A stretch of 24,265 bases of DNA from positions 1-24,265 of the forward strand of contig JAJYEB010000001.1 of assembly GCA_021790375.1 (NCBI GenBank), in the 5' to 3' direction. This document shows, in pieces, positions 17,382 to 24,265 of the stretch. The notes under the pieces were generated by a model that saw nothing but the letters and a program-made list of their open reading frames with translations, did not search any database and was not told where the DNA came from. How positions within the stretch are numbered: the first letter of the stretch is position 1; each line of letters opens with the position of its first letter. Made by a program: the position numbers and the translations under genes. Source of the DNA: Chloroflexota bacterium. Its GTDB lineage: Bacteria; Chloroflexota; Limnocylindria; Limnocylindrales; CSP1-4.

Positions 17382-18284
17382 ATGATCCTCGTGGTCGGGG
17401 CGACGGGAATGCTGGGCGGCGAGGTCTGCCGGCAACTCACTGTGAAGGGGGAAACGGTACGGGCCCTCGTGCGTCCCACGTCGGAGCCCGTGAAGGTGGC
17501 GGCCCTGAAGCAGCTCGGCATCGAGATCGTCGCAGGCGACCTCCGGGATCCGGCGTCGCTGGCGCAGGCGTGCCGGGGTGTCTCGGCCGTGATCACGACG
17601 GTCTCGTCGATGCCGTTCTCGTACGTTCCCGGTGAGAACGACATCCGGACCACCGACACGGACGGGGCAGCCGGTCTCATCGCGGCCGCGCGGGCGGCGG
17701 GCGTGTCGCACTTCGTGTACACGTCGTTTTCGCGCAACATCGACGACCCGTTCCCGCTCCGGGATGCCAAGCGTGCGACCGAGACGATCCTGCGAACGAG
17801 CGGGATGCGGTACACGATCCTGCGCCCGAGCTGCTTCATGGAGGTCTGGCTCACCCCGGCGGTGGGCTTCGACGCAGCCGGAGCGAAGGTGACGATCTAC
17901 GGGACGGGCGAGGCCGGCATCAGCTACATCGCGGTACCCGATGTCGCGACGTTCGCGGTGCGCAGCCTGGAGACGCCGGCTGCGTGGAACGTTGCGCTGG
18001 AGCTCGGCGGCCCGTCCGCCGTCTCGCAGGCCGAGGCAGTCCGCCTCTTCGAGCGCGTCGCGGGGCGATCCTTCGAGATCACCCACGTCCCCATGGAGGC
18101 CCTGGCGGCGCAGTACGAAGCGGCGACCGATCCGATGCAGCGTTCGTTCGCGGGCCTGATGCGGTGCGTCGCCAACGGCGACCCGATCGACATGTCCGGG
18201 ACGCTGCAGGCGATCCCGGCTCGCCTCACCGGCGTCGAGGAGTTCGCGGAGCGGGTGCTCGGGGCAGTGCCGGCGCACGTCTGA
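17382..18284 (+). CDS. NmrA-like / atypical SDR NAD(P)-binding protein
   Basis: ILVVGATGMLG Rossmann motif, ALVR, AGDLRD, GVSHFVYTS, AKRATE, YTILRPSCFME, IAVPDVA and ELGGP. GGGAGGG Shine-Dalgarno. Confidence 0.93.
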   Translation: MILVVGATGMLGGEVCRQLTVKGETVRALVRPTSEPVKVAALKQLGIEIVAGDLRDPASLAQACRGVSAVITTVSSMPFSYVPGENDIRTTDTDGAAGLIAAARAAGVSHFVYTSFSRNIDDPFPLRDAKRATETILRTSGMRYTILRPSCFMEVWLTPAVGFDAAGAKVTIYGTGEAGISYIAVPDVATFAVRSLETPAAWNVALELGGPSAVSQAEAVRLFERVAGRSFEITHVPMEALAAQYEAATDPMQRSFAGLMRCVANGDPIDMSGTLQAIPARLTGVEEFAERVLGAVPAHV

Positions 18285-18302
18285 CGAATATCGCGGGGGG
18301 TT

Positions 18303-18339
18303 GGGGGCCGGGCTTCCCGGGCACCGGGGCCCGGCCCCC
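18303..18339. terminator. GC-rich hairpin after the NmrA-like gene (terminator-like, no U-tract)
   Basis: gggggccgggc (18303-18313) pairs with gcccggccccc (18329-18339); inner cccgg/ccggg stem. It begins 18 nt after the stop, between convergent genes. Confidence 0.55.
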
Positions 18340-18345
18340 GTGCAG

Positions 18346-18453
18346 GTGCCACGGACTGTCGCGGTGCCGTGGACCCCCGCGGTGCCACGGTCTGTCGCGC
18401 TGCCCCGGACGGTCGCGCAGCCCCGGACGGTCGCGCTGCCTCGGACGCTCGCG
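18346..18453. repeat. Degenerate 18-bp minisatellite, six copies (intergenic)
   Basis: gtgccacggactgtcgcg / gtgccgtggacccccgcg / gtgccacggtctgtcgcg / ctgccccggacggtcgcg / cagccccggacggtcgcg / ctgcctcggacgctcgcg. Confidence 0.85.
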
Positions 18454-18501
18454 TGGTCGGCGATCGTCGGGGCGGCGTGATCCCCGCGTGGTCGGCGACG
18501 G

Positions 18502-18963
18502 TCAGATTGCGAGCGAACCCCAGCCGGAGGTCCTTCGGATCGACACCCGGATGATCAGGCGTCCCTCGAGGTCGTGACCTGCGTACTGCGGGTATCGCTC
18601 GCGGAGCGCCGTCGCCGCGGCGTTGTGCTCGGCCGCGTCCGCGGCCCCGGGCTCGAGCAGCCGCGCGTCTCCCTCGAGCCGCAGCCAGGCGAGTCGCGAC
18701 CAGTCCTCGTCCCAGTGGTCGGCGAGGAGGGCGACGCGGGGGCGCGCGATGACGTCCCGAACCCTCGCGAGGTCGTGCGGGTCGTCCGCCCGCTTCGGCT
18801 TCCCGTCCAGCGGTGTGTACAGGACGTCGAGCGGCGGCGGCGCGAGCGCGAAACAGACCGGCACGGGCCGGGGCAGCCCGGTGGGGGCGATGGTCACGAG
18901 CACGAGGCGGCGAGCCTCCTGCAGGAAGGCGCGCTGTGTCTCGTCGAGGACCGGCTCGGTCAC
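18502..18963 (-). CDS. PPOX-class probable F420-dependent enzyme (Rv0121-like split-barrel flavin-binding protein)
   Basis: LVTIAPTGLPRPVPVCFAL, YTPLDGKPKR, LARVRDV-ARPRVALLADHWDEDWSRLAWLRLEG and LRERYPQY. GTG start at 18963. Confidence 0.88.
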   Translation of the reverse strand: MTEPVLDETQRAFLQEARRLVLVTIAPTGLPRPVPVCFALAPPPLDVLYTPLDGKPKRADDPHDLARVRDVIARPRVALLADHWDEDWSRLAWLRLEGDARLLEPGAADAAEHNAAATALRERYPQYAGHDLEGRLIIRVSIRRTSGWGSLAI

Positions 18964-19102
18964 GGCGTCATCATGGCGGCGTCGCGGGTGCCGCGCCACG
19001 GGACGTGCCTCCGCCAGGGCGTGTCCGCGACGCCGAGCACGCGCGGCCGGCCGGCAGCCGGTCGGCAGTTCGCGGGCTTTCGGCAGGTGCCATCATCAGG
19101 CG

Positions 19103-19752
19103 ATGACGCACCCGCTGTGGCCGCTGTTCGATCTCCGGATCGTCACGCCGCACCTGGAGTTGCGCCTCCCGGCGGACGACGAGCTGGCGTCGCTGTGCGC
19201 GCTCGCGCGGGAGGGCATCCACGATCCGTCGTGGATGCCGTTCGGTTACGGCTGGACGGACCTGCCGAGCCCTGCGTTCGAGCGGGGGTTCGCCCAGTAC
19301 CACTGGTCCAGGCGTGCCGAGTGGCGCCCGGAGCACTGGTCGCTGGACCTGATGGTGTCCCTGGACGGCGAGCCGATCGGAATGCAGGGCGTCTACGCAC
19401 GGGACTTCCCGACGCTGCGTACGGTGTCGTCCGGTTCATGGCTGGGGCGCACGTTCCAGGGCCGGAGCCTGGGCAAGGAGATGCGGGGGGCGGTACTGCA
19501 CCTCGCCTTCGCCGGGCTCGGCGCAGATGTGGCACTCACGGAGGCGTTCACCGATAACCTCGCGTCGATCGGGGTGTCGCGGGCGGTGGGCTACGAGGAG
19601 AACGGCACGGGGAGGCTGGCGCGCCGGGGCGCCGCGAGCGACACGCTGCGGTTCCGGCTCACGCGCGAGCGCTGGGCTGCGCTGCAGCGGCCCGAGGTGC
19701 GGATCGAGGGGCTGGAGGCCTGCTCGATCTGTTCGGGGCGTCGCGGGGCTGA
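19103..19752 (+). CDS. GNAT acyltransferase (RimJ/RimL-type, Rv0802c-like) with an apparent 1-nt frameshift near the 3' end
   Basis: WPLFDLRIVTPHLELRLP, GSWLGRTFQGRSLGKEMRGAVLHLAFAGLG and DNLASIGVSRAVGY. Adding one C at about 19723 gives ...EGLEACLDLFGASRG* with TGA at 19750-19752. Confidence 0.88.
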
Positions 19753-19820
19753 CGATCCGCACCAGGCTGCCGGCCCGCGCCGGGCTGACGATCCGCACCA
19801 GGCTGCCGGCCCGCGCCGGG
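19746..19820. repeat. Exact 36-bp tandem duplication
   Basis: gggctgacgatccgcaccaggctgccggcccgcgcc at 19746-19781 and 19782-19817, followed by ggg. Confidence 0.95.
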
Positions 19821-19851
19821 TGGCACCGACCCGGCCGCGCGGATCCCTGCC

Positions 19852-20047
19852 ATCCTGCAGGACTTGCAGGGGAGGAACCGTAACGCCGGTCCGGGCGGGC
19901 CGGGGGCCGACGGCGACGACGGCACTCCGCCCGCGACGGTCGGCGCGTGCGGGACCGCGCGCCGCGACCGGCTCCATCCGGCCGCGCGCCGGCCGCGCGC
20001 CATCGTGCACCCGACATACCGTTCCCCGGGTGCAGGTTCTGCAGGAT
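19852..20047. repeat. Imperfect 31-bp inverted repeat pair enclosing 134 bp
   Basis: 19852-19882 vs the reverse complement of 20017-20047: 24/31 identical, with core atcctgcag(g/a)ac(t/c)tgca 15/17. Confidence 0.7.
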
Positions 20048-20170
20048 CGCCGGTCCCGGCGGGTGGCGCGCCGCGGCCGGGGCGAGGTGTGACCGGCGGG
20101 TGGCGGCGCAGCGGCGCAGCGGCGGAGCGAAGCGGGCGCGACCCCGGGCAGGTGCCCGTGCGCACGCGAC

Positions 20171-20242
20171 CCCCGGCGCGCGTGCGGTTCCCCGGCGCGC
20201 GTGCGCTCCCCGACCCGTGCACGTCACACCGGCGCGCGTGCG
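20171..20242. repeat. ccggcgcgcgtgcg repeated three times at roughly 19-bp phasing
   Basis: Copies with flanking C-runs at 20171-20186 and 20190-20205, and at 20229-20242. Confidence 0.7.
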
Positions 20243-20270
20243 GCTCCGCCCGCAGGCGGACACGCGCGCC
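20231..20270. terminator. GC-rich hairpin downstream of ilvD (terminator-like)
   Basis: ggcgcgcgtg pairs with cacgcgcgcc and tccgcc with ggcgga (16-bp stem, 4-nt bulge, 4-nt loop), 20 nt past the ilvD stop. Confidence 0.55.
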
Positions 20271-20290
20271 CCGTCGTCGCCGGAGGCGGG

Positions 20291-22042
20291 TCAGCCTCGG
20301 CCGGGGATGGCCGTCGCGCCCGCAACCCGCCGCGCGCCGGGATCGGTCACGGCGCCCTCGCTCGCGGACGAGACGAGCGCGACGTACTTCGCGAAGACGC
20401 CACCGGCGTAGTGCGGGGCCGGTGGCTGCCAGGCCGCTCGCCGCCGCTCCAGCTCATCGGGCGGAACGTCCAGGTCGACCGCGTGCCGGTCGACGTCGAT
20501 CACGATCGGATCGCCGTCCCGGACGAGGGCGATGGGGCCGCCCAGCGCGGCCTCGGGCGCCACGTGCCCGATCATGAGGCCGTGGGTGGCGCCGCTGAAG
20601 CGCCCGTCGGTGAGCAGCGCGATGCTGTCGCCCAGCCCCTCGCCGACGAGTGCCGCGGTCACGTGCAGCATCTCGCGCATGCCGGGTCCGCCGGCGGGAC
20701 CCTCGTAACGGATCACCACGCAGTCCCCGGGCTGGATCTGGCGCGCCTTCACGGCCGCGAAGCTCGCCTCCTCCGAATCGAAGACGCGGGCCGGACCGCG
20801 GAACTGGCGCCGCTCGTGACCGGCGAGCTTGATGACGCATCCGTCGGGGGCGAGGCTGCCGTGCAGGATGGTCAGGCCACCGCGCTCCTTCAGCGGGCGG
20901 TCGATGGGGCGGACGACCTCCTGGCCGGGGGTCTCGTGGACGGCACTCGCCACCTCTGCGATGGTGCGGCCGTCGACCGTGCGCGCGTCACCGTGGAGAA
21001 GGTCCCGCTTCAGGAGCTCGCGCATGACCAGGGCCACCCCGCCGGCCCGGTGGATGTCGAGCGCGACGAAGCGGCCGCCCGGGACGAGATCGGCCAGGAT
21101 CGGGGTGCGGTCCGCGATCTCGCCGAACTCGTCGATGGTGAGCGGGACGCCGAACTCGCGGGCGATCGCCAGCAGGTGGAGCAGCCCGTTGGTGGAGCCG
21201 CCGGTCGCCGCGACCGAGGCGACGGCGTTCTCGAGCGCCTGCCGCGTGACGATCGAGCGCGGGCGGACGTCCTCCCGCACCAGGCGGACGGCGAGCTCCC
21301 CGGTCGTGCGCGCGGCCTCCAGCTTCTCCGGGAACGGCGCCGGGATCCCGTTGAGCCCGGCGGGAGAGATGCCCAGGAACTCGAGGGCCGTGCTCATGGT
21401 GTTCGCGGTGAACTGGCCGCCGCAGGCGCCCGCCCCCGGACAGGCCACGTTCTCGAGCTCCCAGAGGTCCTGGCCGCTCATGGTGCCGGCCTCGTACGCG
21501 CCCACGGCCTCGAAGACCGTCTGGACCGTGACGTCGCGGCCGCGGAACCTGCCGGGGAGGATGGTGCCGTTGTAGAGGACCACGCCGGGGATGTCGAGGC
21601 GGCCCAGGGCCATCACCGCCGCCGGGATGGTCTTGTCGCACCCGACCAGGCAGACCAGGCCGTCGAAGAGGTGACCGCGGGCGACCAGCTCGATCGAGTC
21701 GGCGATGACCTCGCGGCTGACCAGGCTTGCCTTCATCCCCTCGGTGCCCATCGAGACACCGTCGCTGATCGCGATGGTGTCGAACTCCATGGGGGTGCCG
21801 CCGGCCGCCCGGATGCCGGCCTTGACCTGCTCGGCCAGCTCGCGCTGGTTCCAGTTGCAGGGCATGGTCTCGATCCAGGTGGTCGCGACGCCGATCAGGG
21901 GGCGGGCAAGGTCGTCGTCGGTGAAGCCGATCGCCTTGAGCATGGCGCGCGCGGGGGCGCGGTCCGGGCCATCGGTCAACGCCGCGGAGTGACGCTTCGC
22001 GGGGTCGGTGGGCAGGCCGTACGGCAGCGGTCGGTCGGGCAC
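20291..22042 (-). CDS. ilvD: Dihydroxy-acid dehydratase
   Basis: MPCN, GCDKT, GACGGQFTANTMS, GGSTN, RYEGPAGGPGMREM, TDGRFSG and GHVAPEA. GTG start with GGAGGG Shine-Dalgarno. The PCN cysteine suggests the 2Fe-2S type. Confidence 0.97.
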   Translation of the reverse strand: MPDRPLPYGLPTDPAKRHSAALTDGPDRAPARAMLKAIGFTDDDLARPLIGVATTWIETMPCNWNQRELAEQVKAGIRAAGGTPMEFDTIAISDGVSMGTEGMKASLVSREVIADSIELVARGHLFDGLVCLVGCDKTIPAAVMALGRLDIPGVVLYNGTILPGRFRGRDVTVQTVFEAVGAYEAGTMSGQDLWELENVACPGAGACGGQFTANTMSTALEFLGISPAGLNGIPAPFPEKLEAARTTGELAVRLVREDVRPRSIVTRQALENAVASVAATGGSTNGLLHLLAIAREFGVPLTIDEFGEIADRTPILADLVPGGRFVALDIHRAGGVALVMRELLKRDLLHGDARTVDGRTIAEVASAVHETPGQEVVRPIDRPLKERGGLTILHGSLAPDGCVIKLAGHERRQFRGPARVFDSEEASFAAVKARQIQPGDCVVIRYEGPAGGPGMREMLHVTAALVGEGLGDSIALLTDGRFSGATHGLMIGHVAPEAALGGPIALVRDGDPIVIDVDRHAVDLDVPPDELERRRAAWQPPAPHYAGGVFAKYVALVSSASEGAVTDPGARRVAGATAIPGRG

Positions 22043-22069
22043 GTCTTCCCTCCTCGGATGGGTCGGCCA

Positions 22070-22075
22070 ATTCTA
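22070..22075 (-). promoter_or_regulatory. Candidate -10 element (TAGAAT) for ilvD
   Basis: Near-consensus hexamer 27 nt upstream of the ilvD start, in an otherwise GC-rich region. Confidence 0.5.
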
Positions 22076-22171
22076 TGCGGGCCGCGGCCGTGGGTCGGTG
22101 GACGTGGTTCCGGACACGCGGCGGCCATCCGGCACTTGCCCCGGGTACCGCCCTTCGGGCACGGTCGGGGC

Positions 22172-22966
22172 ATGGAGCGCGAGAGCGGTTCCGAAGATGG
22201 CGCGCCGGGGACTGCGCAGGCGCCGGCCCCTGCGCGGACGCCGGTCTCTGCGCGGACGCCGGGGACTGCGCGGACGCCGGGGACTGCGGCGGCTGGCGGC
22301 CCAGACGCGTCACTGCCCTATGGCGAGCGCCTGTCGCGGATGCTGCCGGGCATGCACCGGTGGTTCCTGTGGCTCAACCGGTGGGTCGGTGTGCCGCTCA
22401 TCAGGGCCGGCCTGTCGCCGGCCTGGGGCACCCCATACGGCGGGTACTTCGTGCTGTTGCGGACGCGCGGCCGCACGTCGGGCAAGATGAGGGAGGCGCC
22501 GCTGGGTTACGGGCTGGCCGACGGCAACGTCTACGTGATGGCCGGCTTCGGCCGGCGAACGCAGTGGCTGCGCAACATCGAGGTCGACCCGAACGTCGAG
22601 GTGATCCTGCCCGGACGAGCCCGGCGCGGGCTGGCCGAGGAGGTCACCGACCCGGCGGAGCGCCTCCGCGGCATGCGAGCGGCGACGATCGGCTGCGGAC
22701 TCGTGGGCGCGGCAACGCTGCGACTGGACCCCCGCCGTGCGAGCGACCAGGCGCTGCTGCGCGCCACCGACGGGATCCCTCTCGTGCGGATCCGTGCTTC
22801 GGGCGTCGCGGCCGGGCCGTGGGACCCTGGTGGATGGGGATGGATCCCCGTGCACCTGGTCGCGGCATGGATGGCGTGGCGGTGGTGGATACGCCGTCAG
22901 GGCGGGTCCGCAGGGGCGGGGATGCGTCGGGGCGCGGGTCGGGATCTGCGGCCGGTCGATCGGTGA
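22172..22966 (+). CDS. Nitroreductase-family deazaflavin (F420)-dependent oxidoreductase (Ddn-like) with a putative C-terminal membrane anchor
   Basis: LLRTRGRTSGKMREAPLGY...VYVMAGFGRRTQWLRNIEVDPNVEV; repeat-derived N-terminal tail; hydrophobic Trp-rich C-terminal segment. Start position uncertain. Confidence 0.85.
   Translation: MERESGSEDGAPGTAQAPAPARTPVSARTPGTARTPGTAAAGGPDASLPYGERLSRMLPGMHRWFLWLNRWVGVPLIRAGLSPAWGTPYGGYFVLLRTRGRTSGKMREAPLGYGLADGNVYVMAGFGRRTQWLRNIEVDPNVEVILPGRARRGLAEEVTDPAERLRGMRAATIGCGLVGAATLRLDPRRASDQALLRATDGIPLVRIRASGVAAGPWDPGGWGWIPVHLVAAWMAWRWWIRRQGGSAGAGMRRGAGRDLRPVDR
22203..22292. repeat. Degenerate 18-bp coding minisatellite, five copies
   Basis: cgccggggactgcgcagg / cgccggcccctgcgcgga / cgccggtctctgcgcgga / cgccggggactgcgcgga / cgccggggactgcggcgg (TPGTAR-like hexapeptides). 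Confidence 0.88.
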
Positions 22967-23018
22967 TCCCCGTCACTCGATGATCACCAGTCGCTCGGCG
23001 ATCACGGGCCGCTCCTCG

Positions 23019-23055
23019 GCCGTCCTTCGGGCATGACGCCGTCCTTCGGGCATGA
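23019..23055. repeat. Exact 18-bp direct repeat with a 19-bp period, upstream of the MMPL gene
   Basis: gccgtccttcgggcatga at 23019-23036 and 23038-23055. Confidence 0.88.
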
Positions 23056-23247
23056 TTGACGTGCGATCCGGGCGCCCGCCGTCCGGCTCGCCGGGAGACC
23101 ACCTGCGGTCGTGCCGTCTTGCCTGCGCATGCCGTGCCGCCCGGCGGTGTGCATGGCAGCCGCCGGTCTCTAGCGTGGGGCGCGCTCGCGTCGAACAGTG
23201 ACTTTTCGTGCGTGCCCGGCGGGCGGGCCACGCTGCAGGGGCACGTG

Positions 23248-24265
23248 ATGTTCCAACGGTTGGGCTCGATCGCGTTCCGGTTCCGTTTCCTGATCCTGGC
23301 GGTCTGGATCGTCGCGGCGGGAGCGGCGCTGGCACTAGCGCCCTCCCTTGCGCAGGTCGGATCGACCGACCAGAGCTCGTTCCTGCCGGCCACGGCAGAG
23401 TCGATCCAGGCGCGCACGCTGCTGGAGAAGGCGTTTCCGAGCGAGGTCTCGGCGGGCTCGGCGACGATCGCGTTCTTCCGCGCGTCCGGCCTGACGTCGT
23501 CCGACCGCTCGTACATCGCGCAGGTCGGCACCTGGATCACCAGCCCCCAGGCCCCCTCGGGGCTCCGGAGCATCGTCTCCAGCGTCCAGACGCCCGAGTC
23601 GGACCCGCAGCTGGCCGCGATGATGCGCAGCCCCGACGGCCAGCTCGAGCTGATGAACGTGAACCTGACCGTGGCCTCCCTGGCCGGCGGAGCCAGCGAC
23701 GCGGTGGACGCGCTGCGAGCCCACCTCGCGCAGACGGTCCCGAGCGGGCTCCAGGCCCACGTCACCGGGTCGGCCGGGATCAGCCTCGATTACATGAACG
23801 CGATCATGAAGGGGACCGACAGCACGCTGCTGGTCACCATCCTGCTGGTGGTGGTGATCCTGCTGTTGGTCTATCGCGCGCCCCTGGCGGCGCTGGTGCC
23901 GCTGGCGACGATCGGGGTGGCGTACCTGGTGTCGCGCGGCGTGCTGGGCTACATGGCCAGCGCGGGCTGGAAGATCTCCTCGCTCCTCGACACGTTCGTG
24001 GTCGTGCTGGTCTTCGGCGTGGGGACCGACTACACGATCTTCCTGATCTCGCGCTTCCGGGAGGAGGTCAGCCGGGGCGACTGGCACATGGCCTCGCAGG
24101 CGACCGTGAAGCGCATCGGGGCGGTCATCACGGCCAGCGCGGCCACGGTCATCGTGGGGCTGGGCTCGATGGCGTTCGGCCAGTTCGAGATGATCCAGAC
24201 GACCGGCCCGGCCCTGGCCATCGCGATCTTCGTGACCCTGCTCGCCGGGCTCACCTTCACGCCGG
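23248..24265 (+). CDS. MMPL (RND superfamily) transporter, 5' part (runs off the window)
   Basis: Read by hand, since it has no stop in the window and is absent from the ORF track: MFQRLGSIAFRFRFLILAVWI, FLP-TAES, HVTGSAG, LLLVYRAPLAALVPL, FGVGTDYTIFLISRFREE and ITASAATV. Confidence 0.95.
   Translation, partial: MFQRLGSIAFRFRFLILAVWIVAAGAALALAPSLAQVGSTDQSSFLPATAESIQARTLLEKAFPSEVSAGSATIAFFRASGLTSSDRSYIAQVGTWITSPQAPSGLRSIVSSVQTPESDPQLAAMMRSPDGQLELMNVNLTVASLAGGASDAVDALRAHLAQTVPSGLQAHVTGSAGISLDYMNAIMKGTDSTLLVTILLVVVILLLVYRAPLAALVPLATIGVAYLVSRGVLGYMASAGWKISSLLDTFVVVLVFGVGTDYTIFLISRFREEVSRGDWHMASQATVKRIGAVITASAATVIVGLGSMAFGQFEMIQTTGPALAIAIFVTLLAGLTFTP

Noticed and set aside
19746-19820. 36-bp repeat as a CRISPR array
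   Set aside because: The units are directly adjacent with no spacer, there are only two copies, and there are no cas genes.
18623-20092. 489-aa GNAT with long N- and C-terminal extensions
   Set aside because: The N-terminal part is antisense to the PPOX gene, and the C-terminal part arises from the apparent frameshift reading through repeats.
20291-22042. ilvD as functionally tied to the fab operon through branched-chain primers
   Set aside because: It is 8 kb away with its own promoter and terminator candidates; nothing in the sequence links them.
20201-22171. 921-aa plus-strand ORF 20201..22966
   Set aside because: Mostly antisense to ilvD; only the Ddn-like part from 22172 is credible.
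23056-23061. TTGACG as the -35 of the MMPL promoter
   Set aside because: No -10-like hexamer 16-18 nt downstream.
23123-23159. Hairpin upstream of MMPL as a riboswitch
   Set aside because: Pairing is short and interrupted, and I recognise no riboswitch consensus.

Overview
Very GC-rich bacterial chromosomal window with 20 supportable genes and no rRNA, tRNA, CRISPR array, transposase or integrase. The gene mix suggests Chloroflexota, possibly Limnocylindria-like; this is inference only. From left to right: the 3' end of a P1B-type heavy-metal ATPase with a cupredoxin-like tail; a minus-strand operon (receiver/thioredoxin-reductase-like fusion, cNMP-domain histidine kinase, cysS); an acyl-CoA thioesterase; a tightly spaced minus-strand operon fabD-fabF-DUF2236/MpaB-like-fabF-CapA-like lipoprotein, divergent from a MarR regulator; a small secreted protein divergent from a 1027-aa AfsR-like wHTH-BTAD-STAND-TPR regulator, followed by a 78-aa ORF and an NmrA-like protein; a PPOX-class F420 enzyme; an apparently frameshifted GNAT; a repeat-rich intergenic gap; ilvD; a Ddn-family F420 oxidoreductase; and the 5' part of an MMPL transporter. 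The strongest lead is a 22-bp box (20/22 identical, two GGAACG half-sites 11 bp apart) upstream of both genes flanking the AfsR-like regulator, suggesting an AfsR/AfsS-like regulon. The second lead is the fab operon with an oxygenase-family gene between two differently diverged FabF paralogues. All family calls come from motif recognition; no database searches were run.
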